Of a stretch of 64,000 bases of DNA, positions 12,840 through 25,149 are shown one piece after another (position 1 is the stretch's first letter; every line of letters begins with the position of its first letter). The stretch comes from Squalus acanthias (Eukaryota): the NCBI GenBank assembly GCA_030390025.1, contig CM059432.1:28522001-28586000 (forward strand). The letters are read 5' to 3'. The notes below the pieces were generated by a model that saw nothing but the letters and a program-made list of their open reading frames with translations, did no database searches and was not told the DNA's origin. The translations under genes were made by a program, and so were the position numbers.

Positions 12840-14710
12840 CACCAACACCCCCAACCCATACTGGGACTAGGCTTATCCCTTAGCAACCATGTAATGTTTA
12901 CTGGCAGTTGTATTCTGCATTCTAGGATCAATGATGAGCTTTCCTGTACAATCACAGTTTGGCTTTTGGCTCCACGTTGCGATACCCTGCCTGAACTCGT
13001 TTATCATCATAGCTTCCACATATAAGTTCAAATGTTACTCACACAATCAGTAATCTTGGTATCATCATCACAATGGTCTTTACATCTACATCAAGCATTA
13101 TATCTAGATTACTTATCAGACCAATTTCTGACCACCCCCCGCACTCTTCAATTGGTTAATGTGATGCCACCTTTCTTTTACATTTCTTTTTAATCTGTGT
13201 ATTGTATAAGATACACAGCTGGACTCACCTTATCCACAATTGGAAAAGGTTCTCGCCAACGTTCCCTATAAGTTCTCTGTTAAAGTTAGGGCATGCGTGA
13301 AACTGAATGGGCCGCGCAGACCCTTAAAGGGGCCACGCACCCAAAAAAGATTGCGGGGAACATTGGTCCTCGCCATTTAGGTGCAAACACATGATCCTTT
13401 TTCCATAGTCTAACACCATGACGGTGTCACTGACTTTATATTCAAAAGGTCTAACCTTTTTATCAAAATACTTCTTAATTTGATTTTTCAATTTCCCAAT
13501 CTTTTGGACCACATATTGATTGGTGGCCTGGACATGGTCAATCATATTACCCAACCATGTGTCTCCAATCGCTCCCTGCAGCAATAGTGTTGCTGCTGGT
13601 AGCAAAAGGTGTCCTGGGGTACGGATTAGTCGCCCAGTCATTGCTAGCATTTTCTAACTCCTGTTTTAATCTCCTTTTCTCTTTTTGTAAAATATCCCGT
13701 TCCTGTATTTCCTGCTGACTCCCTAACCTTTGGGCTATAGTGGTGGTAGCTGTTAGTTGTGACTGAGCCAGCATGACCGCTACATCATTCAATCATTGAA
13801 GTGTCGTCTTACTCTGCGCTCTCTCTTTTAACACATCTCTTACTCTATTTTCACTTATCTGCACGCAAAAGTATATTAAACAAACGTATATTAACAAACG
13901 CCTCACTGCTTTTAATTTCACCTTTTTCTCACTCACCAACTCCTCTATGTGGGTCATTGCCGTTGCATACGGCTCGTCTGTTTTGGTCATTACAGTGACC
14001 AACACTTCACTACCGGCATTGTTAGCTTCTTTTGAAGAGCTTCCTTAACAGTCGCCATGGTTACTCATACTACTGGAAGAATAACCCCACACACCCGCCG
14101 GAACGGTTGCCTGCCTTTACAGACTGAGTTTAACTCCTTGTCCATCGTAGGCACTCAATCTCCCTCAAGTCAGATTATTGCTTGTCAAGTCCTTTTGTGG
14201 TTGCCACTTTGTAAGGTTTTTGGATTTGGCACCAACTTGGTTGCAAATAATTTTTATTGAGTTTGACCGAGTCTTGACACACTCAATATCTTAAGCAATA
14301 GTCAGAAATAAACGATATTACCCAATTCTGCTCTAGATAGAAAACATAACCTTCTTCGATTCTTTTGTTCTTGTCTCTCTCTACAAATTGTAAAGGAAAG
14401 CTGAAGAACTTTATAAGGCTCTAGTCATGCACAGCCAGCCATTAAAATGAGGGTTTTTTTCAGTTTGCTAACTGATCTATTGATCATTGTCTTGTTTGTT
14501 TGTGATATAGGCTACTCTCTTATCTGGGAGACCACTGACCCCTTAATCAGCATTCCTTGCTAACAAAAGACCTCGCCTTGCTGACCAAGCTTTTTCTTGT
14601 TAAATGTCCTGAAGAATTCTGGGAATAAGCAACTTGACCATTTTATTATTTCTAGCAACAGTACAAGTTGACAAGCTATTTATGTGAAAAGAAAGCAAAA
14701 GCCTTAACCA
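12840..14710 (-). mobile_element. Internally deleted LTR retroelement (LTR about 14250-14710, gag-like and integrase C-terminal remnants)
   Basis: KKYFDKKVR..EYKVSDTVMV...APKWRGPFPIVDKVSPAVY...WHHINQLK (GPY/F integrase tail); weak PBS-like TGGTGCC near 14232; AATAAA in LTR-like block. Confidence 0.7.
13257..13365. mobile_element. 109-bp hAT-type MITE inserted in the integrase remnant
   Basis: TIRs CAACGTTCCC/GGGAACATTG; 8-bp TSD GTTCTCGC/GTCCTCGC; removing it restores KWRGPF. Confidence 0.8.
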
Positions 14711-16689
14711 TATGAGATTAAACCAAATCCTAATCCTACGTATGTATATATATATAAGAATCGGGTATTTTAAAAGGCCTCCCCTGCTCCGGTCTCCGCC
14801 AGCCCATCTCTACCCCAAAAGGCCACTAGAATCCCACTGGAGTGCCAGCCGACAGCCACTACCCACCCATTTCCTGCCCGTTCCAAGCAGGAAGTGGACC
14901 GACAGCATGTTAAAGAGGCCCAGCAGTTAAAATAGTCGTGACCTCATCCTGCCGCTGGCAGGTGGGAAACTAACAGACACCAGCGGTTTCCCACTGGAAA
15001 CTCACCGCCAGTTAAAATGCCGCCCCTAACCCCTCACACATGTCAACATTCAAGATTAGATTGGATAGGTGGATGAAGGAAAATGGAATGAAGGAAAATT
15101 GGTAGGTAAATGTCATTAGGACTATTTGCTCACGCAAAGGGTAATCACCAACATGGACTGCTAAGGCTGTTCAGCCTGTTTCCGTGTTGTAAGTTCTAGG
15201 TATTTCATTTGGTCCTCAGAAATATTGAGGTAACAACGTAGGTCAGCGAGCACAGGGGTAATGTGTGAATGGGACTTGGTGTGAGTCAGGATACAGGCAG
15301 CAGAGTTTTGGATGAGCTCAAGTTTACAGAGGGAGGAAGATGGGAGAGCATTGGAATAGTCGAGTGTAAAGGTAACTTTCAGCAGCAGATGAACTGAGGC
15401 AGGGGCAAAGATGGGCGAAAGAAATGAGATAATGCTAAACCTATACAAAGCATTGATTGGGCTGTCTTCAATTTTGGCCGCCTTACTTTAGGAAGGAGAT
15501 TAAGACCATGGATAAGATTTACTTTGATGATCCCAGGGAAGAGAAGCTTTAACTATGATGTGAGACTAAAGGAAACTGGGGTCGTTTTTATTAGAGCAGA
15601 GAAAATTAAGAGGAGGTCTGATGGAGTTGTGCAAAATTACAAGGGGTTTGATAAGACGAATAGGCGAAACTATTTCCACTGCTCTAATAGTTTGAATGGT
15701 TCTAGCTGGACAAGCAATGGGATGTTTGCCAATGATCTGTGCCGGTAAGCTGCACATTTTTAGTTGGTTAAACTCTGGCAGTACCCCTGCACACTTTGGG
15801 GTCCTTAAACTTTGGCTGTTGCCAACCTGTTCTTTGGGTTAGTTTAGTTAGGCATGACTCTACAGGAGGAGAGTATACACTCACTGGAGACTCCAGTTAC
15901 GTGGATTTCTCAGTATTTGGTTTGGAGACTCAAACATGTTGATGCATGTATCAGCCGCCCAGTAGACCAAATAATGCCTGGAAGCAGGCCATCTTCCTGC
16001 CATCTCAGTCACACGTAAGTTTGTAGCTCGGGTCAACCAAGGAAAAGGAGAATGACACATTAGGCAGGGAGACCAATAGAAAATCATTTTTCTTTGTTTA
16101 AAATAAAGTTAGTGGCATCAGAGTAAACATGGCACTGGAGTATCCCAGTCTGGAGTTGGCTTCCCTTTGTACACATAAAACAATGATGAGATTAACAAAG
16201 TCTGTCTGGCAGAGAAATGAAATAGGAAGTGTGTTCTTGTAGTTTTTAGGGCTCCTAACAATCCATCATTAAATGGAAAGGGAAAAGCAGCTAAATTGAC
16301 AAGGGTTTAAAACAGCTTTATACATTGCAACAGTGAGGAGTTGACTGCTAGCTCACGGATTCCATCGTACAGTCTGTTACTACAGCCTGGTTTTAATTGT
16401 AACATTGGTGGTAAGGGAACATCTCTAAATTCTTGGACTCAAACTGATGTACTATGACAGCAAGCTTTCCTTTCTGAGCGATTTGGCGACAGTCTCACAG
16501 ATATGCAGTGTGCCAAGTGGTCTTTAAAAATATTCGGGAGACATTTTCTGGAGTTTTTCAGTGGGAGAATAAATATTCTTTTTGACAGTACAAGTTAAAC
16601 AGACCGAATGAAGTCATACAGACGTGTACAGGGTAGCTCTCTCACCGTATCAGTGGGGTGAATCGAAGTGAAATCCCACACTGAGAAAA

Positions 16690-17093
16690 GAAAAAAGAAA
16701 GATTTGCATTTATATAATGCTTTTCAGGACCTCAGGATGTCCCAAAGCCAATGAAGTATGTTTGAAGTGTAGTCACCATTGTAATGTAGGAAATGTGGCA
16801 GCCAATTTGTACACAGCAAGGTCCCACAAACAGCAATGTGATAATCTGTTTTAGTGATGTTGGTTGAGGGATAAATATTGGCCAAGGCACTGGGGATAAC
16901 TTCCCTGCTCTTCTTCGAAATAGTGCCATGGGATCTTTTAACAGTTTAACGTCTCATCTGAAAGATGGCACCTCCAATAGTGCAGCACCCCCTCTAGTAC
17001 TACACTGGGAGTGTCAGCCTGGATTATGTGGGACGCGAACCCACAACCTTCTGATTCAGATTCAGAGGTGAGAGTGCTGCCAACTGAGCCACA
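16690..17093 (-). mobile_element. Deu-domain tRNA SINE (SacSINE1-like) with L2-type tail
   Basis: Head GTGGCTCAGTTGGCAGCACTCTCACCTCTG; related copies at 27500-27800, 29356-29710 and 60540-60935. Confidence 0.7.
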
Positions 17094-17261
17094 GCTTGTA
17101 AGATGGGCCAAATAGTCTTCTTCATTCAGTATTATCTTTTGATCTTATGATCATTTCATTGCTGTTTGTTGAATGATGTTATTGCAGAGTGTCAAGTGCG
17201 TTTGACTATATAACAAGTTATTACAATTCAAAATTAATTCATTGTTTTTAAATAAAATTTA

Positions 17262-18050
17262 TTCGCTTATGGGATGTGGGCATCGCTGACAAGGCCAGCA
17301 TTTATTGCCCATCCCTAATTGCCCTCGAGAAGGTGGTGGTGAGCCGCCTTCTTGAACCGCTGCAGTCTGTATGGTGAAGGTAATCCCCCAGTGCAGTCAG
17401 GGAGGGAGTTCCAGGATTTAGACCCAGCGACGATGAAGGATCGGCGATATACTTCTAAGTCATGGATAGGTAGTGACTTGGAGGGGAACTTGGAGGTGGT
17501 GGTGTTCCCATGCGCCTGCTGCCCTTGTCCTTCTAGGTGGAAGAGGTACCAGGTTTGGGAGGTGCTGTCGAAGAAGCCTTGGTGAGTTGCTGCAGTGCAT
17601 CTTGTAGATGGTACACACTGCAGCCACGGTACGCCGGTGGTGGAGGGAGTGAATATTTAAGGTGGTGGATGGGGTGCCAATCAAGTGGGCTGCTTTGTCC
17701 TGGATGGTGTCAAGCTTCTTGAGTGTTGTTGGAGCTGCACTCATCCAAGCAAGTGGAGAGTATTCCATCACACTCCTGACTTATGCCTTGTAGATGGTGG
17801 AAAGGCTTTGGGGAGTCAGGAGGTGAGGCACTCGCCGCAGAATATCAAGCCTCTGACCTGCTCTTGTTGCCACAGTATTTATGTGGCTGGTCCAGTTAAG
17901 CTTCTGGTCAATGGTGACCCCCAGGATGTTGATGGTGGGGGATTCAGCGATGGTAATGCCATTGAATGTCACAGAGCGGTGGTTAGACTCTCACTAGTTG
18001 GAGATTGGCATTACCTGGCACTTGTGTGGCACGAATGTTACCTGCCACTT
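17262..18050 (-). mobile_element. CR1-group LINE RT 3' fragment (third family)
   Basis: NILGVTIDQKLNWTSHI...IYKA.VRSVMEYSPLAW; tail shared with the SINE family; another copy at 58595-58930. Confidence 0.85.
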
Positions 18051-18119
18051 ATTGTGTGAAGCATTTTGAGGTGTTTTGACTTTTTCACCTACAATTTAAA
18101 AAAATTGCATAGGCATAGA

Positions 18120-18535
18120 CTTTTTAAAATTCATTCATGGGATGTGGGCGTCGCTGGAAAGGCCAGCATTTATTGCCCATCCCTAATTGCACTTGATAAG
18201 GTGGTGGTGAGCTGCCTTATATAACTGAGTGACTTGCTAGGCCATTTCAGAGGGCAGGTAAGAGTCAACCACATTGTTGTGGGTCTGGAGTCACATATAA
18301 TGGCAGCAGATTTCCTTCCCTAAAAGGACATTAGTGAACCAGATGGGTTTTTACGACAATCCGATAGTTTCATGGTCACCATTACTGATACTAGCTTTAA
18401 AGTCCAGATTTTAAAAAACATTAATTGAATTAAAACTCTGCAGCTGCCATGGTGGGATTTGAACTCATGTCCCCCACATCATTAGTCCAGGCCTCTGGAT
18501 TACTAGGTCAGTAACGTAACCACTAAGCTACCATA
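18120..18535 (-). mobile_element. tRNA-derived SINE, near full length
   Basis: Same head and tail as 4155-5130 and 53880-54290. Confidence 0.8.
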
Positions 18536-18856
18536 CCTGTTGGATGGTGTTCTCACCAACATAGATGATGCTATATTTTTGTCCTCTGAGGTACACATGC
18601 CTTTTAACACAACAAAAGTTATTCATGAACATGCTATTGTTGAATTGTTTCATTTAGCTAAGGCAGCATGAAGCAGATGTTGCTTGAATTTGGTAATGAA
18701 TTGCCATAAGGAATGAAACGAGTCACAAGGCTAAAGCACAGTTCTTCAAAGCCTGCTGTTGGTTTTAATGCAAGGGATGGGGCAGTCTGCACACCTCTAC
18801 AAACTGCATACCAACTGCCCTTGTAGAACATAGGAAAGCTCAGTGAGAAATAACCT

Positions 18857-19370
18857 AAAGCAAAATACTGCAGATGCTGGAAATCTGAAATAAAAACAGA
18901 AAATGCTGGAAATACTCAGCAGGTCAGGCAGCATCTGTGGAGAGAGAAACAGAGTTAACGTTTCGGGTCGATTACCCTTCATCAGAACTGGAAAAAGCTA
19001 GAGATGGAACAGGCTTTTAAGCAAGTGCAGGGGCAGGGAAAGGGGGGAGGGGAGGAAAGAACAAAAGGGAAGGTTTGTGATAGGATGGAAGGCAGGAGAG
19101 ATTAAGAGACATTAAGAGACATTAAGAGATGGTGCAAGGCAAAAGGAGATGGTAATGGGACAAGTTAAGAAACAAAAGATGGCTCTAGATGAAGTGTTAA
19201 TGGCACTGGCAGAATGAAAGACAGCTGCCATGTGGGAGAGAGAAAAAAATATATAATAAATAAAATAAATGGAAAAAAAAGGATAGGGGCAGAGGTTATG
19301 GTCTGAAATTGTTGAACTCTATGTTGAGTCCAGAAGGCTGTAAAGTGCCTAATCGAAAGATGAGAAATAG
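18857..19370 (-). mobile_element. Penelope-like element fragment carrying a minimal hammerhead ribozyme
   Basis: Repeat also at 11690-11780, 22690-22893 and 45450-45597; contains CTGATGA-stem-GAAA core. Confidence 0.7.
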
Positions 19371-19539
19371 CCAGTTTGGCCATTAGCTCACTCCTTCCAC
19401 AGATCTTTTGCAGTCTACCCTAGCGAAGAGGCTACTCCATCCACTTAATCTATTATTAGAAAGTTCCCCATAAATAGTCTCTATTTCCCAAAGATTATCA
19501 ACCCAAACTCAACATATATTCATTTTCATCCTCACATTA

Positions 19540-21320
19540 CCAACAACAACAACAACAACTTGGATTTATATAGCACCTTTAACGTAGTAAAATGTCCCAA
19601 GGCGCTTCACAGGACAAAAAATTTGACACCGAGCCACAGACGGAGAAATTAGGGCAGGTGATGGTCAAAGAGGTAGGTTTTCAGGAGCGTCTTAAAGGAG
19701 GAAAGAGAGTTAGTGGGGTGGAGAGGTTTAGGCAGGGAATTCCAGAGCTTAGGGCCTCGGCAACAGAAGGCACGGCCACCAATGGTTGAGCGATTATAAT
19801 CAGGAATGCTCAAGAGGGCAGAATTAGAGGAGCGCAGATATCTCTGGGGGGTTGTGGGGCTGAAGGAGTTTACAGAGATAGGGAGGGGCTTAACCGGGAG
19901 CCAATGTAGGTCAGCGAGCACAGGGGTGATCGGTGAACGGGACTTGGTACGAGTTAGGACATGGGCAGCCGAGTTTTGGATGACCTCAAGTTTACGTAGG
20001 GTAGCATGTGGGAGGCCAGCCAGGAGTGCCACCATTCAATCCAGCAGCAGTCTCATTTTATAATCATTCTATTATTGTCCAACTAGTGACTGCATAAAAC
20101 ATCAACAACTTGCATTTATATAACACCTATAACATAGTAAAACGTCCCAACGCGCTTCACAGGAGCGATTATCAAACAAAATTTAACACCGAGCCACATG
20201 AGATATTAGGACAGGTGCCCAAAAGCTTGATCAAAGAGTAAGCTTTAAGGAGTGCCTTAAAGGATGAATGAGAGTTAAAGAGATGGAGAGGTTTAGGGAG
20301 GGAATTCCAGAGCTTAGGCTCATGGCAGCTGAAGGCACGGCCGCCAGTGGTGGAATGAAGAAAATCGCATGGGCCAGAATTGGAGGAGCGCAGACAGTTC
20401 GGAGGGTTGTGGGGTTGGAGGAGTTTACAGGGATAGGGAGGGGCGAGGCCATGGAGAGATTTGAAAACAAGGATGATAATTTTAAAATTGAGGCGTTGAT
20501 GGACTGGGAGCCAATGTAGATCAGCGAGCACAGGGGTGATGGGTGAATGGGAATTAGTGCGAGTTAGGACACAGGCAGCAGAGATTTGGATGAGCTCAAG
20601 TTTACAGAGGGTGCAAGGTGGGAGGCCGGCCAGAAGAGCATTGAAGTAGTCAGGTCTAGAAGTAACAAAGGCATGGATAAGAGTTTCAGATGCAGATGAT
20701 CTGAGGTAGGCGTGGAGGCGGGCGATGTCATGGAGGTGGAAGTAGGCGGTCTTGGTGATGGAGAGGATATGGAGTCGGAAATTCAGCTCAGGCTCAAATA
20801 GGACGCCAAGGTTGCAAACAGTCTGGTTCACCCTCAGACAGTGGACAGGGAGAGAGGTAGAGTCGATGACTAGGGAATGGAGTTTGTTGCGGGGACTGAA
20901 GACGATGGCTTCGGTCTTCCCAATATTTAATTGAAGGAAATTTCTGTTCATCCAATACTGCATGTCGGACAAGAAGCGTGACAAATCAGAGACAGTGAAG
21001 GGTCGAGAGAGGTGGGGGTGAGGTAGAGCTAGGTGACGTCAGCGTACATGTGGAACCTGATGTGTTTCTGAATGAAAACACAAGGTGAGAATGTTAATAA
21101 ACTCAATTATATTCAGATTCAAAGGAGATGCCTTTAGTGAAGCCATTTAAGTTACAGTTAAAATGATAATATATATTGCAGCTGGGCAAGGCCATGGAGG
21201 GATTTGAAAACAAGGATGAGAATTTTTAAATTGAGGTGTTGCCAGACTGGAAGCCAATGTAGGTCAGCGAGCAAAGAGGTGATGGGTAAATGGGACTTGG
21301 TGATAGAGAAGATATGGGGT
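19540..21320 (-). mobile_element. Cluster of L2 LINE 3' fragments
   Basis: ORFs 19649-20035 and 20172-20984 with L2 RT motifs; (CAA)n tails. Confidence 0.9.
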
Positions 21321-22689
21321 TGGAAATATTTGGGGGGTTATTTTGGTGAAAAGGTGCAATGTTAATATTTGAAAATCTGGTTTTAGCATGGAACTTTGGT
21401 CCTAATTGCTGATTACCATGACTTGAGTTTGGCCGGAGGTACTAAAACAGAGACACATTGCAGGTTTAGCACTCAAGTGCTGATTAGACACAATTTTCAT
21501 GGAGCAGTGTATGCGGATTCCACTCACCCACTTCCACTGAAGGTGTGGAGTGTGCTGGCTGACACACAGTGGAACATTTCAGGATGGCTCAGGGACTGAG
21601 TGAGAGGGCGCACAGGTTCTCGGACGTGGCACTGGAGGTGCTGGCAGAGGAGGATCAAAGGAAGAGGGAAGTGCTGTATCTGCAGTGGGGGAAGGAGTCC
21701 GCCTCGCCCTCCTGTCCCTCTCTCCTGCAGTAGCTGGTGCTGCTCTGCCTGACCTCATATCCTCCTCTCATTCCTCCTGCAGACCAAGGGGGACACCTAG
21801 CAAGATGCCGATGACCAAACACTCCTTTTCTCCTGTGGCTCCTATAATGTGTCCAATAAGGTGGAGTAGCACAGCACAGACTCTTTTTAGGTGAAGTCCT
21901 CAGAAAATTTCCAGAATAAATGTTGATAGAGCGTTGGTGAAGTCTTGAAAAAGTGTCCCAGAAAGTCTCCCGATGTGTTTCAAAAGTCCTCTTCAAACCT
22001 CCAGCAGCAAGTGAACAGTAAAAGGTGATATACCTTTAAGTAGCGCTCAAAATCCTCTGCAACGACTAGTTTATTCCCAATCAGCTGGTCGCTGTTAGGG
22101 GAGGGCATTAGGTCAAGCGCTAGCCACCAAAATGCTGTGCAGCCTCGTTAATGAGCGCTAGCAGGCAATTTAAGTGGCAATCAGCTGCTTAACCTCTGGG
22201 TGGCCGTTCCTAGCGCAAGCTTCAACTCCTTTACCAAGATGGCGTCTTGGGCTAAATGTGGGCTAAAACAGTGTTTTAGCTTAAGACCCTATCTTGGCCA
22301 CCTTGGAGGCTCTTTAGCCCCTAAAGTATCCATGGAAAATCGTCCCCTTACTCCTTTCATTATTTGTCGTAAAATTGTAACCACAGGACTGAATTTCATC
22401 AGCTGTTCTGGCGAACTTCTGCCATAACTCACAAGTGACTTGGACCCACAAAGAAGAGGACAACATTTTGTATTAACTCCCATTGGTAAAGGGAGGCAAC
22501 AAAGTGTTTTCTTTGGTGGGGTCTTGGGCACCCGCACCCGGATGGTAGTCAGGCGCTGAAATTTCTAGCAGGTGTCCAAAGTACACTTTAATGGCGTTAG
22601 CACCCACCTACCCCATGCAAATGAAGTGTCCTCCCATTGACCCCGCATAGTCTGGTGGGATCAGCGCTGGAACAAAAGGGAGTGTTCTT

Positions 22690-22893
22690 TCCTCCCCTCC
22701 CCCCTTTCCCTGCCCCTACACTTGCTTAAAAACCTGTTACATCTCCAACTTTTTCCAGTTCTGATGAAGGGTCATCGACCTGAAAGGTTAACTCTATTTC
22801 TCTCTCTACAGATGCTGCCTGATCTGCTGAGTATTTCCAGCATTTTCTGTTTTTATTTCAGATTTCCAGCATCCACAGTATTTTGCTTTTGTA
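22690..22893 (+). mobile_element. Penelope-like fragment with hammerhead motif
   Basis: AGTT CTGATGA A GGGTC ATC GACCT GAAA GG TT AACT at 22757-22793. Confidence 0.7.
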
Positions 22894-25149
22894 TTACTGC
22901 CAGAAACATGGCCCGTGGGTTTTCAACCCTACAATTTGTTTACTCAGATTTGAGCAGGAAGCTTGGGAGAAACTATATTAACTTAAAAATAAGAACCCCA
23001 AAATATATATTTATGATTTGTCGGAGAAAAGCAATTTCATTTTGAATTTTTAAGTGTCCTATTTGATGTGCTGAGCTAGCTAACTTTAACTGTGTTGGCA
23101 GTCAGTGCACTACAATTCATCTCAGTACCCATGGGCGAGGGAGGTGAAAATCAGCCGTGGTTCCTCGTTCTGATCCTGATCACTTTCCAGTCGCCCCTGT
23201 GTGTGAAAACAGGATCAACTGTGATGTCACTTCACTCGAATATCCAGCTGGCACTCACTGCCAAGGCTCACACATGAAGAATAACGACTGGAAGATAACA
23301 GGTGCTTGTGGAACTGGAAATTAATAAGCAATCAAACGCCTCCCGAAGTGGGAAGGGAAGAGCAAGAGCAACTGCCAAGGAAAAGGCTGAAACACTTCTG
23401 TGTAGAATTCCACTTGTTGGCTGACAACACATAACCGCAGGCCGCACGTTTCAGGTTATTGTCTGAACACTTCAGCTGGCATACTGAGGTCTTCAAATGT
23501 GTATGTAATGCAGGAACTAAAAGATCACAAAAATGACAACCCATCACAAATAAAATATACATTTTATTGCACATAAAGTTTAACCGTATTGTTGATTCAT
23601 ATATAGATTGTATAAATATAACGAAAATATAATTATAAACTCATCATATAATTTGTAAATAAAGTAAGTTGCAGAAACAAAGGTAATTGCTGAGGTGTCA
23701 TGATGAAGTAAAACAGCTATCAGCGAGGGGTATGGTGTTCTAAAATACTACATCCAATTCTATACAGATCTTTCCACAAGGATGGAATAACTTTTTCCAT
23801 CACTGTTGACAAATCAGGGATGTTTGAAATTGCTTCAAGAAAGCACCTGATGGTGTAAAGCATTGGAAACATTGACACACAGCGACATTTAGTGGGGAGA
23901 GATGCAGTTTCCTGCTTATGACCTTCCCCTGGGGTTATCTGTGCAACAATAGATAGATGCTGAATACAGGCCATCCCCAGGGGGAAGCAGAGGGATTATC
24001 TGCAGATGTCAGCACAAAATTGGGTGCAGCACTGACCAGTTTTTTCATTGTTGAACATTTAGGAGATACGGTAGCAGCCCTTGCTGTCTCCCGGTTTTTC
24101 CCCTCTAATATATATCATCCATTTTACCACGTGAACCCTGCCAGACTTTAAACCCAAGGTTTTCAGGCCCTGAGCCTAGTGCCCAACTGACTGAACTACC
24201 TGATCTCCCATGTGGACTGCAAAAAAATTCAGACTGGGATGTCAATCCTTAGGTGGGCTTGCACACGCTTCCCAGCCCGGGAATGGGTCAGTCGTGGATG
24301 GTACATAGTCTAATGAGATCATGAAGGGTTAATGCAGAAAACAAACATCTGAGATCTGTCAATGGCTTAGTGGGTAAATGTGGCACAGTGTGAGGGGCAT
24401 TTGCTGGAATCTGACAGCCAGATGCTTCCATATGTCACTTTGCCAGTGAGTAGTTTAGAGCCCATTATACTAGACCTATCAATACACTGGGAGATTTATT
24501 TTCTTTTGAGACACGAGGGAAAGGGTGGTGAGGGGCAAAATTGCCCCAGTCACTATGCACATAGCAATAACTTAAAAAACGGTGTTTACAATTTTTTTAT
24601 GCAGAGCAGAGTGATTCTACCCCATCCCAGTTAAGAAACCAGCATCTCTACTTAGAAGCGATTGGGTGATTCCACGATCCCACATTCCCAAAGGGGTGCC
24701 ATACTTGAAGGGAGCATGGGTCGGAGAATCAAAGTAATGTTGTACCCCTAACTCTGACCTGCACTGTCTTTGAGCTCCACTGTCCTGATCACTCCCTTTG
24801 ACTCTACTTTGATTTAACAAAGCCACTGAGCACTGATCATTAGGGCCAGACCTAAGTATTGATGTCATAGGAAGCAATATACAGCTGCCCAGATCACATG
24901 CCAACAAATTACTGCTAGATTGTATTGCTGGAACCTCTCATCCCATAAAACTTAATAATCAGATTTTCCAGACATTTCAGTTTTACTCTTCGAGGAATCA
25001 GACATTAATCCAATGCACTGCACTGGCAGTGAACGTATACCTTTGGATCCTAGCAGAGGTCACCTTGTTGATTTCCTTCACACAATACAGAGTGTTATAT
25101 ACCAATGACGTGGCTGCAAGTGGGATGAGCAACCAGATCTGACCGATTC

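Noticed and set aside
16647..16681. 35-bp minus-strand mini-exon with a strong polypyrimidine tract
   Set aside because: The tract is the tail of the adjacent SINE; no linked exons found
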